DNA of 64,000 nt from Actinomycetes bacterium (GTDB lineage Bacteria; Actinomycetota; Actinomycetes; DATJPE01): assembly GCA_031430645.1 (NCBI GenBank), contig JANPBY010000080.1, positions 3,573 through 67,572 of the forward strand, read 5' to 3'. This document shows positions 1 through 10,063 of this stretch, in pieces. A program made the translations under genes and the position numbers. Positions within the stretch are counted from its first letter, which is position 1. Each line of letters starts with the position of its first letter. Below the pieces are notes generated by a model. That model saw nothing but the letters and a program-made list of their open reading frames with translations. It was not told the origin of the DNA and ran no database searches.

Positions 1-467
1 CCGACGTCTTGGCCCGGAGCTCCCACAATCACGTCAGCACACATCGGCTCTGCGCCCCCGACACGTGCGACCAACACGGACGCCCCGAACCGTGCCCCGG
101 CCTGGGCGGCCAACCCATCGAAATCATCGGCCGTGAGGATCACGGACGAGGTTGGTGCCTTGGGCCGCACCTGGCCTTCGTCGCCGACATTCGAATAGAC
201 GACTACGGCGCCGGCGTCGACCTTTCCCCCCACGTCGTAGGAAGGCAGGCCGATTGCGATGTCCGGTCCCCCGCCGTCAACATCTGTGGGTGAGCCGAGC
301 CAGCACTCATCCACGACGGCGGCAACCGAGGGACTTCCGACGAGCACGGCCAGTCCTGTGACCAATGCCGTGATCGCAGCCGCGACAGCACCGCGTGATC
401 CGGTCAACAAGCTCGCGAGTCCAATCAGCACCGCCAAGCCTCCCCGGATTTCCTCGGCTCGACCCAA
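1..467 (-). CDS. Partial secreted FG-GAP/integrin-alpha repeat protein; the C-terminus runs off the window start and the start codon is uncertain (TTG ~467 or GTG ~431)
   Basis: Minus-strand frame with no listed ORF because it is open to the window edge. Translation reads ...LAVLIGLASLLTGSRGAVAAAITALVTGLAVLVGSPS (signal/TM) then DVDGGGPDIAIGLPSYDVGGKVDAGAVVVYSNVGDEGQ..., typical FG-GAP repeats. GC3 is high. Confidence 0.45.
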   Translation of the reverse strand, partial: MGRAEEIRGGLAVLIGLASLLTGSRGAVAAAITALVTGLAVLVGSPSVAAVVDECWLGSPTDVDGGGPDIAIGLPSYDVGGKVDAGAVVVYSNVGDEGQVRPKAPTSSVILTADDFDGLAAQAGARFGASVLVARVGGAEPMCADVIVGAPGQDV

Positions 468-487
468 GATACGCCGAGGGCAGCGTC

Positions 488-1714
488 TCAGACGAGGCCG
501 AGGAGGGCGGCTTCTTCCCACAACTCCGCCCGAACACGCGGGTGGGCCGCCTGCTCGATCAGGGCAGCGGCCTGCTCCTGCTGCGAGCACCCGGCGAGAT
601 CCGCGACACCTTGTTCGGTCACGATGGCGCTCGGTTGGAACGAGGTCACCGGTTCGTCGATCATCGGGACGACCGTGGAGACATCGGCTCGGGGATGCCA
701 CGAACGCAGGGCCATGATGGCCTGGCCCCCAACGGAGTGCCGCGCCCCAACGATGAAGTCGGTCTGCCCACCGAAGCCTGAGTAGATGCGGTTGTGGATC
801 CGAGACGCATTGGCCTGCGCGAACAGATCCACCTGCAGGGCTGTGTTGACCGACACCATCAACGGGCGCTTAGCGATCGCCGCGGGGTCATTCACCAGCT
901 CACTGCGGAGCACTCGGACCCGCGGGTTCCCATCGAGCCACTCGTAGAGGTCGGGCGAGCCGAACAGGAACGAAGCCACCAGCTCGTGGCCGTGATCCAG
1001 TGCTCCCGCCCGCTCAAGGGCCAAGACGCCATCGCTGAACATTTCGGTCCACACCCGAAGATCACGGCGTCCGATGAGTGACGAGAGCACCGCGTCGGGG
1101 ACACCGCCGATTCCCATCTGCAACGTCGAGCCGTCAGCGACGAAGCGCGCTACCCGCTCCCCAATCGCGGCGGAGACACTGTCCAGGGCAACCGCCGGAG
1201 GCGAGGGCAGGACCTCATCGACCTCGACGGCCAGATCAATGTCGTCGACCGACAGCTCGCCATCTCCGAAGGTGTACGGCATCTGCGGATTGACCTGCGC
1301 CGCGACCATCGCGCCGCGTGCCCGAGCCGCCTCAATGGCCGCCGGAAGAATGTTGACCTCCGTTCCCAGGGACACCTTCCCGTCACGGATTGAGCTCGTG
1401 TGGACCAAAACGACGTCGGGCGGCGCGTGGGTGGCAAACAGAAGCGGGACCATCGACAGCCGACTCGGGATGTAGCGCAACCGTGGGCTCCGCCGCATCC
1501 CGGGACCGACGAACGGGGTCTCGAGCACGACCCCCTCACGGTCAGGCAGGCCGGCTTGGGCGTTCAGAACGAAGAGCTTGTAGATCGCCAAGGCGGCATC
1601 GACGGCCGCCAGAGTGACGTACGGCGTGGCGAAGTTGCCGCTTGCCACCACCCGGGGAGCCCCTGCGAGGCGGCTCACTTCGCGGCCAAGCTCCTCGACA
1701 CCGACGATCCGCAT
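488..1714 (-). CDS. Acetyl-CoA hydrolase/transferase family protein (CoA-transferase)
   Basis: 408-aa ORF with overall similarity to the 4-hydroxybutyrate/acetyl-CoA transferase family (GGQTDF..., C-terminal CoA-transferase fold motifs). Confidence 0.65.
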   Translation of the reverse strand: MRIVGVEELGREVSRLAGAPRVVASGNFATPYVTLAAVDAALAIYKLFVLNAQAGLPDREGVVLETPFVGPGMRRSPRLRYIPSRLSMVPLLFATHAPPDVVLVHTSSIRDGKVSLGTEVNILPAAIEAARARGAMVAAQVNPQMPYTFGDGELSVDDIDLAVEVDEVLPSPPAVALDSVSAAIGERVARFVADGSTLQMGIGGVPDAVLSSLIGRRDLRVWTEMFSDGVLALERAGALDHGHELVASFLFGSPDLYEWLDGNPRVRVLRSELVNDPAAIAKRPLMVSVNTALQVDLFAQANASRIHNRIYSGFGGQTDFIVGARHSVGGQAIMALRSWHPRADVSTVVPMIDEPVTSFQPSAIVTEQGVADLAGCSQQEQAAALIEQAAHPRVRAELWEEAALLGLV

Positions 1715-1851
1715 TGGCCCATCGTGTCTGGTCGCCTCCAGTCCCGGTCAAGTTGGCGGACTTCGGGACTTTCGACCCTGGCACGGCTGCCCGGACCTGG
1801 TGAAACCTACGGAGGCGTAACTTACGTTTCCGTAACCGAGGGACAGAAGCG

Positions 1852-3319
1852 ATGTCTGCGGCCATCTCCGCTACCCCGTTTCCCGCTGTCATCCAGGGAG
1901 GCATGGGCGTTGCCGTCTCCTCCTGGCGGCTCGCCGGAGAAGTCTCGAGGGCCGGGGGACTTGGCGTCGTGTCAGGCACGGCTCTGGACTGGGTCCTCGC
2001 CCGCCGCCTCCAAGACGGCGACGAAGACTCCCGCCGAGCCCTGACCCACCTCCCCCTGCCGGGTGTGGGCGATCGGATCCTGAAGCGCCACTTCCGAGAA
2101 GGAGGGCGCGCGCCCGAAACGCCCTACGCGCCCGCGCCGCGGCTATCCGTGCGACCTACCAAGGCCGGCCAGGAGCTCGCCGTCGCAGGCAACTTCGTGG
2201 AGGTCTGGCTGGCCAAAGAGGGTCACGACGGCCCGATCGGCATCAACTACCTGGAGAAGGTCCAGATGGCCACGCCTGCGGCGGCGTACGGCGCCATGCT
2301 GGCCGGCGTCGACGCCGTGCTGATGGGTGCGGGGATCCCGCGCGAGATGCCGCGACTGCTCACCCGTCTCGCGTCCCACGACTCGGTGACGATCCCACTC
2401 GTCGTTGACGGAGCCGCGGAGGGGACGTACAGCGCCTATCTCGACCCCCTGGGAACTGTTCGGTGACAGCCTCCAGTCACTGCGGCGTCCAGCGTTCCTG
2501 GCCATCATTTCCGCGCACGTCCTGGCGGCCTACCTCGCTCGCGACGAGGAGATCAGACCGGATGGCTTCATCATCGAGGGCCCTACTGCCGGTGGGCACA
2601 ACGCTCCTCCGCGCGGTCGCCCGGTGTTCTCCGACGACGGCCAACCCGTCTACGGACCTCGCGACCTCCCCGACCTCGACAAGGTGGCTGTGCTCGGTCT
2701 GCCGTTCTGGCTGGCCGGTTCCGCAGGGACACCGGAACAACTCCAGGCGGCCCAGGAGATCGGCGCCCGTGGCATCCAGGTCGGCACTCTCTTCGCGCTT
2801 TCAGCTGACTCGGGGCTTCGCCCCGACCTGCGCGACCGACTGCTCGCGGGCCTCGCCGAGGGAACCCTCGAGGTCCGCACCGACGCAGCCGCCTCGCCCA
2901 CCGGCTTCCCCTTCAAAGTCGCCCAGCTGACGGGCACCCTCTCGGACACAGCCGTCTACGACGCCCGACCCCGTCTGTGCGACCTCGGCTATCTGCGGAC
3001 GCCGTACGTCCGAGACACCGGCAGCGTCGGCTACCGGTGTCCCGCCGAACCCGTCCACATGTATGTAAAGAAGGGCGGCGACGAGGCGGATACCAAGGGG
3101 CGGGTGTGCCTGTGCAACGCGCTGACCGCCGACGTCGGGATCGGCCAGACCCGGGCCAACGGCTACACCGAGGATCCGCTCGTCACCTTGGGGACCGACC
3201 TGTCCGGCGCCACGCGGCTCCTCGAGATCCATCCCGACGGCTGGACCGCTCGCCAGGCCGTCGACTGGCTGTACTCAGACGTGGATGGGCCGGTCAGAAT
3301 CCTCCGCGCGAACGGCTGA
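1852..3319 (+). pseudogene. Nitronate monooxygenase (NMO/2-nitropropane dioxygenase family), split by an apparent +1 frameshift in a C5 homopolymer at ~2445-2449
   Basis: ORF 1852-2466 (IQGGMGVAVSS..., FMN-binding N-terminus) and ORF 2405-3319 (FIIEGPTAGGHNAPPRG, NMO catalytic region) are adjacent frames of one protein. Deleting one C restores ...AYLDPWELFGDSLQ... in a single frame. Confidence 0.6.
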
Positions 3320-3503
3320 CGCGGGGATTGTCGATCGGCAAGTGCGAGCAGGCGTAGGCAGCCGAGCGGGTGCGTTCCGCGTCCGCCCAAGCCTTGCCCG
3401 CTTCGCGCGCGTCCTCGAGGTTGGACGGCCGGCTTCGGGTCGACCAAACGGCCCCGATGGCGGCGAACACCAGGAACGCGACGAGGAACGCGAGAACCTC
3501 CAT
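3294..3503 (-). CDS. Hypothetical small membrane protein (69 aa); weak call
   Basis: N-terminal TM helix MEVLAFLVAFLVFAAIGAVW. No clear RBS, and it overlaps the 3' end of the NMO gene. Confidence 0.2.
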   Translation of the reverse strand: MEVLAFLVAFLVFAAIGAVWSTRSRPSNLEDAREAGKAWADAERTRSAAYACSHLPIDNPRVSRSRGGF

Positions 3504-3532
3504 GGGAGGACTCTAGGCACCGGGTAGCCACT

Positions 3533-5692
3533 TTGTCCGCACTTCGCGACAGCATGGTGTCGATGACGACTTCCGCCTTGCCCCCGACGATCGCCGTAGT
3601 CTCCGCAGCCGAGGCTGACGCGGCGGTGGCCGACGTCCTGCGCGCACTCGCCGGACCGGACGCCACAGCAAAGGCTGACCAGCTCGAAGCCGTCCGTGCG
3701 GTCGTCTCTCAACGACGCCGCACCCTGGTGGTCCAAGCCACCGGTTGGGGCAAGTCCCTCGTCTACCAGGCGGCGGCGTTGGCTAGCCGGCGGGCCGGCG
3801 GGGGTCCAGCCCTTGTCGTTTCACCCCTGCTCGCGTTGATGCGTGACCAGGTTGATGCAGCCTCGCGCGCCGGGCTGACAGCCGTCACCTTGAACTCCTC
3901 CAACATCGAGGATTGGCGGGACATCGAGGCTCGCCTGCTCGCCGATGAGGTTGATCTCCTCCTTGTCTCGCCCGAGCGACTCGCCAACCCCCGGTTCGAG
4001 GCCACGGTCCTCGAGACACTCCTGCCCCGACTCGGACTCCTCGTCGTGGACGAGGCGCACTGCATCTCCGACTGGGGTTTCGACTTCCGCCCCGACTACC
4101 AAAGGCTCACCCGCGTGATGGCGGCCCGCCCCGACCTCCCCGTACTCGCGACGACGGCCACAGCCAACGCGCGGGTCACCGAGGACGTCGCCGCGCAGCT
4201 CGGTGGGGACACCGTGGTTCTCCGAGGACCGCTTTCGCGCGCCTCGCTGAGCCTGGCCGTCCTGCCAGGCCTCGGGATGCTTCAGCGCTACGCCTGGGTC
4301 GCCCAGGCCCTTGCGATCCTGCCCGGCTCAGGCATCGTCTATGCCCTCACGGTCGCCGAAGCTGAGCGGCTGTCTGCCTTTCTGGCGTCTACGGGCCTGG
4401 CGGTCGATGCCTATACGGGGAGGATGGAGACCGCCGATCGCGAACGAGTCGAGGGCCGGCTTCGGCGCAACGAGGTCAAGGCTGTCGTGGCCACCTCAGC
4501 CCTGGGGATGGGCTACGACAAGCCTGACCTGGGGTTCGTCATTCACGTGGGATCTCCCGCCTCGCCGGTGGCCTACTACCAACAGGTTGGGCGAGCCGGA
4601 CGAGCGATCGACCAGGCGAGCGCGGTGCTCCTCCCCGCGGAGTCCGACGAAGCCGTGTGGGAGTACTTCGCCACCGCTAACACTCCGACCGAGGCCACGG
4701 CGCGCGCCCTCCTCGATGCGCTCGTCACCGCTGAGAGCCCGATGTCGGTTCCGGCGTTGGAGCAGGCGACGGGCCAGCGACGGTCCCGTGTCGAGGGTCT
4801 GCTCAAGGTCCTCGCCGTCGACGGAGCCACAGCCCGGGTCGCTGCCGGCTGGGTCAGCACCGGTGAGCTCTGGGAGTTCGACGGCCCCAAGTACTCCCGG
4901 TTGATCGCCGCACGCCGGACCGAAGCCGACCTGATGCGTTCCTACGCCCGAGGGGCCGGCTGCTTGATGGGGTTCCTGCGTACGGCGTTGGACGACGTCA
5001 CCGACGACAGCGGCCGGTGTGGACGTTGCTCGGTCTGCACGGGCCACCTACCCGGCGATCTAGCAACGGAGGTCAGCGTCGAGGCCGTCGAATCCGCGCG
5101 GATCTTTTGTCGCGGCCAGGATGTCACCATCGACGCACGCCAGCTGTGGCCCACTGGCCTTGCCGACCGACGCGGACGCATCGGGGTCGACCTGATGCCG
5201 GCACCCGGACGCGCACTCGCCTTCGCCGACGACCCGGGCTGGGCTGACATCCTTGGCCCGTTGTTCGGCGCGCAGGCGACACCCGTAGGTGTAGGTGATG
5301 AGCTCATGGCGGGCGTCGTCGCCCTGCTCGGCCGTTGGGCCAAGGTCTGGGGCACCCGGCCAGTCGCGGTGGTCCCCATTCCTTCGATCAGCCGACCAGA
5401 ACTGATCGCCGACCTGGCTACCCAGATCGGGGTGGTCGGTCGGCTGCCCGTCATTCACGCCTTGCGGGCCGTCGGCACCCCGCCGGCTGCAGGACTGGCG
5501 TCGAAAGCTCGCGTCGAGGCCATAGCTGCGCGGCTCTCGGTCGACCCCAACACGGTGCTGCCGGATGGCCCGATCCTGCTCGTCGACGACTATGCGTCTT
5601 CGGGATGGACGCTGACCGTTGCCGCCGCGCTGCTGCGCGCTGCCGGATCCCCGACAGTCTTGCCTCTCGTCCTTCACCGCCGTCCAGGCTGA
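3533..5692 (+). CDS. RecQ-family ATP-dependent DNA helicase, RqlH-like (helicase core + Zn-binding RecQ-Ct + C-terminal PRTase/ComF-like domain)
   Basis: Motif I TGWGKSL, DEAH-like DEAHCISDWGFDFRPDY, Zn cluster GRCGRCSVC; C-terminal ILLVDDYASSGWTLTVAA resembles the phosphoribosyltransferase PRPP-binding loop. Confidence 0.8.
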   Translation: MSALRDSMVSMTTSALPPTIAVVSAAEADAAVADVLRALAGPDATAKADQLEAVRAVVSQRRRTLVVQATGWGKSLVYQAAALASRRAGGGPALVVSPLLALMRDQVDAASRAGLTAVTLNSSNIEDWRDIEARLLADEVDLLLVSPERLANPRFEATVLETLLPRLGLLVVDEAHCISDWGFDFRPDYQRLTRVMAARPDLPVLATTATANARVTEDVAAQLGGDTVVLRGPLSRASLSLAVLPGLGMLQRYAWVAQALAILPGSGIVYALTVAEAERLSAFLASTGLAVDAYTGRMETADRERVEGRLRRNEVKAVVATSALGMGYDKPDLGFVIHVGSPASPVAYYQQVGRAGRAIDQASAVLLPAESDEAVWEYFATANTPTEATARALLDALVTAESPMSVPALEQATGQRRSRVEGLLKVLAVDGATARVAAGWVSTGELWEFDGPKYSRLIAARRTEADLMRSYARGAGCLMGFLRTALDDVTDDSGRCGRCSVCTGHLPGDLATEVSVEAVESARIFCRGQDVTIDARQLWPTGLADRRGRIGVDLMPAPGRALAFADDPGWADILGPLFGAQATPVGVGDELMAGVVALLGRWAKVWGTRPVAVVPIPSISRPELIADLATQIGVVGRLPVIHALRAVGTPPAAGLASKARVEAIAARLSVDPNTVLPDGPILLVDDYASSGWTLTVAAALLRAAGSPTVLPLVLHRRPG

Positions 5693-5819
5693 CTTCCTTC
5701 GCGCCACCGTTGGCGCTCCCCAAGAAAGTGCCTCGCCGCTGCATCCAGATCCACTCAGCAGCCGGAAGAACAGGGAAAGCGGGTCATCCGGCCCGCAACC
5801 CAAGGTCTGGAGTTTTTTC

Positions 5820-6368
5820 ATGCGTCGCGTACTCGTTGCTGTATCTCTCGTGGGCGCCCTTGCGCTCGCAGGCTGCAGCTCTGCAGCGGAAGAGGCAGCC
5901 CCCTCGGCCTCCCCAACTCCCTCAGCCTCAGCGGCTGACATCGTCGCGGTTGCTGCGGCGACGCCGGAACTCAGCACGCTGGTCACCGCGGTCGGCGCTG
6001 CAGGTCTCGTGGAAACGCTGCAGGGCCCTGGCCCGTTCACCGTTTTCGCCCCGACCAACGATGCCTTCGCGGCGCTGCCCGCAGGTCTGCTCGACCAGCT
6101 TCTGCTTCCCTGCAACAAGGACGCGCTGACCAAGATCCTGACCTACCACGTTGTTGCCGGTCAGGTAAACGCCGCGGACATCACCGCTGGTGACGTGGCC
6201 ACGGTTGAGGGTCAGACCGTCACCCTGGCCACCGAAGGCGGCGTCACCGTCAACGACGCCACGGTCGTCATCGCAGACGTCCCCGCGAGCAACGGCGTGG
6301 TCCACGTGATCGACGGCGTACTGGTGCCGTCCGACGTCGACCCAGCCGCTCTCAAGGCGAGCTGCTAG
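5820..6368 (+). CDS. Fasciclin (FAS1) domain lipoprotein, MPT83/MPB70-like
   Basis: Start re-set to MRRVLVAVSLVGALALAGCSS (lipobox LAGC); FAS1 motifs TVFAPTNDAF and VHVIDGVLVP; GGAG RBS upstream. Confidence 0.75.
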   Translation: MRRVLVAVSLVGALALAGCSSAAEEAAPSASPTPSASAADIVAVAAATPELSTLVTAVGAAGLVETLQGPGPFTVFAPTNDAFAALPAGLLDQLLLPCNKDALTKILTYHVVAGQVNAADITAGDVATVEGQTVTLATEGGVTVNDATVVIADVPASNGVVHVIDGVLVPSDVDPAALKASC

Positions 6369-6394
6369 AACCAAGCGACACAAAGCGCCACGCA

Positions 6395-6433
6395 AAGAGG
6401 CCACGGTCCGACCGGACCGTGGCCTCTTTGCGC
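6395..6433. terminator. GC-rich 16-bp-stem hairpin (aaagaggccacggtcc-gacc-ggaccgtggcctcttt) followed by a short T run; likely terminator of the fasciclin gene
   Basis: Perfect inverted repeat seen directly, with A-rich 5' flank and TTT 3' flank, 27 nt after the stop at 6368. Confidence 0.5.
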
Positions 6434-6501
6434 GTGGTGGTCGGAATAGGCTGAAGATGGGTCGCTTCGCGCCCGCTGGCCGCCCCGGGGAGGAGACGTG
6501 C

Positions 6502-7752
6502 ATGTCCCTGTCACCGGAGTCCGGCGCCACTCGCCGAATCGTCCTCCACATCGGACTCCACAAGACCGGGACCACGTATGTCCAGAACCTGTGGCGCGTC
6601 AACCGAGCCCAGTTGGCCGAGCAGGGCATCTACTACCCCGGGGGCAAGGGAGAGCCCATCCCTCGATTCGCCGTCTACGACTTGCTGGGCAAACGCCCGC
6701 GTGGGGTCGACGACCATCGCCTCCCAGGACAATGGCAGGCGCTTCGGGATTCCATTGCTGCTTCGACCCTGCCCACCACGCTGATCTCTGAGGAGGGACT
6801 TGGCGTAGCGACGAGCCAGCAGATCGGGGGCGTGATCGATAGCTTTCCGGATCACGAGATCCACCTCCTGGTCACCTGTCGCGACCTGGGCCGCGTACTC
6901 CTTTCGGCCTGGCAGCAGGACCTAAAGAACGGGAAGACGTGGACCTGGACTGAGTTCACCGACTCGGTGCGGGACCGAGCGCGGCGCGCCCAGAATCCCG
7001 CCCGAGGATTCTGGCGAGCCCAAGACCTGCCAGCGATCCTGGCCACCTGGCAGCAATGGGTCCCTGCCGCACGCATACACATCGTCACCGTTCCCCCGCC
7101 CGACGCTCCCCGCGAACTCCTGCTTGAGCGGATTGCGACCGTGGTCGGCTTCGACCCGGCCCAGCTCACCGCGCGAGCTCGTTGGGACAATGCCTCGATG
7201 GGCACTTCTGCAACCGAAGTCATTCGTCGGTTGAACAGCCAGCTCGACCACCAACTCAACGAACGACAGCACGGGCACGTGATCAAGGGCGTCTTGGTCC
7301 CCTATCTGGTCCAACACGGGTCCCACCCGAAGTACGGTCTGCCAGTTGAGGACGAGGACTGGGTCGAGGCGGCCGCAACCGAGCAGAATGCCGCAGTCCG
7401 GGACGGCGGGTACGACGTCGTCGGTGATCTCGACGACCTGCTCCCCCGCCGGGGCGGGAAGGATCGGCGCCCGGACGAGTTCTCGACCGAGGAGCTTCTC
7501 GACACAGCGCTGCTCGCCCTGACTGGCCTCAGTGAGCGCTATGCCACGCTGTGGTGGAAGCAACACCGGGACGACCCAGCAGCCGTCGAGCCCGCCTCGA
7601 GGAGCGTCCGCTCCGCGAGCGCGGTCAGAAGCCTGTCGTATCGCACGAGGAGGGCGGGAGCGAGCCTTGCCGATCGCAATCGGCTCGCTGCCCGCATCCT
7701 GGGCGGATATCTCTCAGTTCAAGACCGCCGACACAGACGACCTTTGGGGTGA
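6502..7752 (+). CDS. Sulfotransferase-family protein (PAPS-binding motifs), hypothetical
   Basis: Start chosen at ATG 6502, preceded by GGGGAGGAG; 5'-PSB-like LHKTGTTYVQNLW and a 3'-PB-like ...TCRDLGRVLLSAW segment. Confidence 0.5.
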   Translation: MSLSPESGATRRIVLHIGLHKTGTTYVQNLWRVNRAQLAEQGIYYPGGKGEPIPRFAVYDLLGKRPRGVDDHRLPGQWQALRDSIAASTLPTTLISEEGLGVATSQQIGGVIDSFPDHEIHLLVTCRDLGRVLLSAWQQDLKNGKTWTWTEFTDSVRDRARRAQNPARGFWRAQDLPAILATWQQWVPAARIHIVTVPPPDAPRELLLERIATVVGFDPAQLTARARWDNASMGTSATEVIRRLNSQLDHQLNERQHGHVIKGVLVPYLVQHGSHPKYGLPVEDEDWVEAAATEQNAAVRDGGYDVVGDLDDLLPRRGGKDRRPDEFSTEELLDTALLALTGLSERYATLWWKQHRDDPAAVEPASRSVRSASAVRSLSYRTRRAGASLADRNRLAARILGGYLSVQDRRHRRPLG

Positions 7753-9885
7753 GTCGCGAAGGATGACTTCGCGGTCGACGTCGATGGTGGGGAGCAACCG
7801 GTCGAGCCACCCGGGGAGCCACCAGTTGGCTTCGCCCAACAGCTTCATCGTCGCCGGCACCAGCACCAGACGCACCACCGTGGCGTCGAGGAAAATGGCC
7901 GTGGCCAAACCGAGGCCCATCATCTTGATGCCGGGATCCTCACCGAGCATGAAGCCGAAGAACACCGCGATCATGATCAAGGCAGCCGACGTGATGACCC
8001 GGCCCGTGCTCGTGATGCCACGGATCACTGAGGCCTCGTTGTCGCCTGTTCGCAGGTAGTCCTCACGGATGCGCGAGAGCAAGAAGACCTCGTAGTCCAT
8101 CGAGAGCCCGAACAGGATCGCAAACATGAACATCGGGATGAACGCGATGACCGGCACGGTCTCCTCCAGGCCGATGAGGTCCTTGCCCCAGCCCCACTGG
8201 AAGACCATGACCAGCACGCCGTACGCCGCAGCGATGCTGAGCAGGTTCATCGCCGCGGCCTTCAGCGGGACGAGCACCGAGCGGAAGACCAGCGTCAGCA
8301 ACACGAACGACAGCAGGACCACCGCCAAGATGAATAGCGGCAACCGGTCTCCGACCCGCCCGCCGAGATCCCCCCAGGTCGCGGTCTGACCACCGATGTG
8401 AGCCTTGGCTGGGCTGTCGGCCAGTGCTCCCGGGAAGACCTCCGCGCGGAGCCGCTCGACGGTTGCGAACGTCGCCTCGTCCTGCGGCGAGGTGGTCGGG
8501 AAGGCGATCAACGTGGCCACCGAGCCATCAGCGCTGAACTCCGCAGGCGCAACCGACGCGATCCCCGGATCCCCCTCGATGGCGGCAGCGAGCGACGCGA
8601 TCACCGTCTTGTCTGCCGAGGTGTCAACCGCAATAACCAGCGGTCCATTGACTCCGGGTCCGAATCCGTCGGCAAGCAGGTCATAGGCCTGCCGTTCAGT
8701 CCGGCTTTCAGGGAGCGCGCCCTCATCGGGGAAGCCCAGACGCAGAGACAGGGCCGGCGCGGCGAGGGCGAGGAGCAGCGCCGTCCCCCCGATGGCGTAG
8801 CCCCAGGCGTGCCGGGTCACGTGCTGCCCCCACCGCTGCCAGCCCGCGCCTTCGGCCCGATCGGCACGCGCCCGGCGACGGCGGCTGAGGCCGTTGACCC
8901 GATGCCCGGCAAGGCCGAGGAAGGCCGGCAGCAGGGTGACCGCCGCGGCGACCATGACCGCCACGATGACCGAGACCGCGATGCCCGCAGCGGTCATGAA
9001 CGGGATGCCCGAGACGGCTAGGCCAAGGATGGCGATCACCACCACTCCACCGGCAAAGATCACCGACTGCCCGGCGGTAGCGACGGAACGCCCGACTGAC
9101 TCCTCGACGGTCAGGCCGCGCGCCAGGAACTCGCGATGCCGGGTGACGAGGAACAGCGAGTAGTCGATCCCCACGCCGAGTCCGACCATGGCACCCACGA
9201 CGGGGGCGAAGCTCGGGATATCGACCAGGTAGGTGACGAGCGACAGTGCGCTGGTGCCCACGGCCAGTCCGATCAACGCGATGCCGATCGGCAGCCCCAT
9301 GGCGATGACGGACCCGAAGGCGAGCAGCAGGATGACGACCGCGGCGAGCAGCCCGAGCATCTCGCCGACACCGGTTTGGGCCTCCTCGAAGGCAAAGAAG
9401 AGGTCACCGCTGGTCTCGATCTGCAGGGTCGATCCCTCGCGGGCCTGTGCAGCGAGGGTCTTGAGGTTGTCCAGGTCGACTGGGTCCAGCTCCTCGACCA
9501 CCGGGTACTGGATCCGGATCAGCGCCACCGTGCCGTCGGGTGAGACCGATTCACTGGTGCCGAGCACGTGTGGGAGCGCCGCAACCGATGCCTCGAGCGC
9601 AGCAAGGGCGGAGCGGGCGGCGGCGGAGTCGGCAAAGCTCAGGCCGCTGTCGAGTGGAGTCACGACGACCTGGGCGGTGAGGCCGGCCCGGTCGGACTGG
9701 GCCGCCACCTGGAGGTCGACAGCCTGCTGCGAGTCCAGCCCTGGGACGACGAAGGAGTCTTCGAGGGTCTTCCCGAAAGTCGCAGCGGCCGTGACCACGA
9801 ACACCGACACCACGAGCCACGCCCCGATCACCCGCCAGGGCCGACGGGCGGCAAAGCAACCCCAGCGATACATCAGATCCGACAT
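7714..9885 (-). CDS. mmpL: MMPL-family RND transporter
   Basis: 723 aa with 12 TM helices in two bundles plus periplasmic loops; conserved MMPL segments (GLPIGIALIGLAVGTS..., GVGIDYSLFLV...). Confidence 0.8.
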   Translation of the reverse strand: MSDLMYRWGCFAARRPWRVIGAWLVVSVFVVTAAATFGKTLEDSFVVPGLDSQQAVDLQVAAQSDRAGLTAQVVVTPLDSGLSFADSAAARSALAALEASVAALPHVLGTSESVSPDGTVALIRIQYPVVEELDPVDLDNLKTLAAQAREGSTLQIETSGDLFFAFEEAQTGVGEMLGLLAAVVILLLAFGSVIAMGLPIGIALIGLAVGTSALSLVTYLVDIPSFAPVVGAMVGLGVGIDYSLFLVTRHREFLARGLTVEESVGRSVATAGQSVIFAGGVVVIAILGLAVSGIPFMTAAGIAVSVIVAVMVAAAVTLLPAFLGLAGHRVNGLSRRRRARADRAEGAGWQRWGQHVTRHAWGYAIGGTALLLALAAPALSLRLGFPDEGALPESRTERQAYDLLADGFGPGVNGPLVIAVDTSADKTVIASLAAAIEGDPGIASVAPAEFSADGSVATLIAFPTTSPQDEATFATVERLRAEVFPGALADSPAKAHIGGQTATWGDLGGRVGDRLPLFILAVVLLSFVLLTLVFRSVLVPLKAAAMNLLSIAAAYGVLVMVFQWGWGKDLIGLEETVPVIAFIPMFMFAILFGLSMDYEVFLLSRIREDYLRTGDNEASVIRGITSTGRVITSAALIMIAVFFGFMLGEDPGIKMMGLGLATAIFLDATVVRLVLVPATMKLLGEANWWLPGWLDRLLPTIDVDREVILRDSPQRSSVSAVLN

Positions 9886-10063
9886 CGTGTGCTCCTCGAC
9901 GGTGCGTGTTCTCGACGCGACTGCCGAGACTCACTCCAGCGTCACGGACCGGACAGCGGCCGCCATCGGCCAAGGCGGCCGACCTTTCCCCCGACTATCG
10001 GCCGGGACACGTCTACGACCTTTGGCCGAGTCGCGCACCGGCGGGGATCCCTAGTGTGGAGCC

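Noticed and set aside
259-717. Many long Arg/Pro/Ala-rich ORFs on the strand opposite to or out of frame with confident genes (e.g. 259-717, 5060-6133, 9568-10338, 26637-28031, 32087-33715, 35669-37048, 39878-40969)
   Set aside because: This is the typical shadow-ORF artefact of ~70% GC DNA. The translations are low-complexity and overlap genes with clear homology on the other strand or frame.
3285-3527. 80-aa plus-strand ORF overlapping the small minus-strand membrane ORF
   Set aside because: It is Arg-rich, has no RBS, and lies antisense to the more plausible (though still weak) TM-containing ORF.
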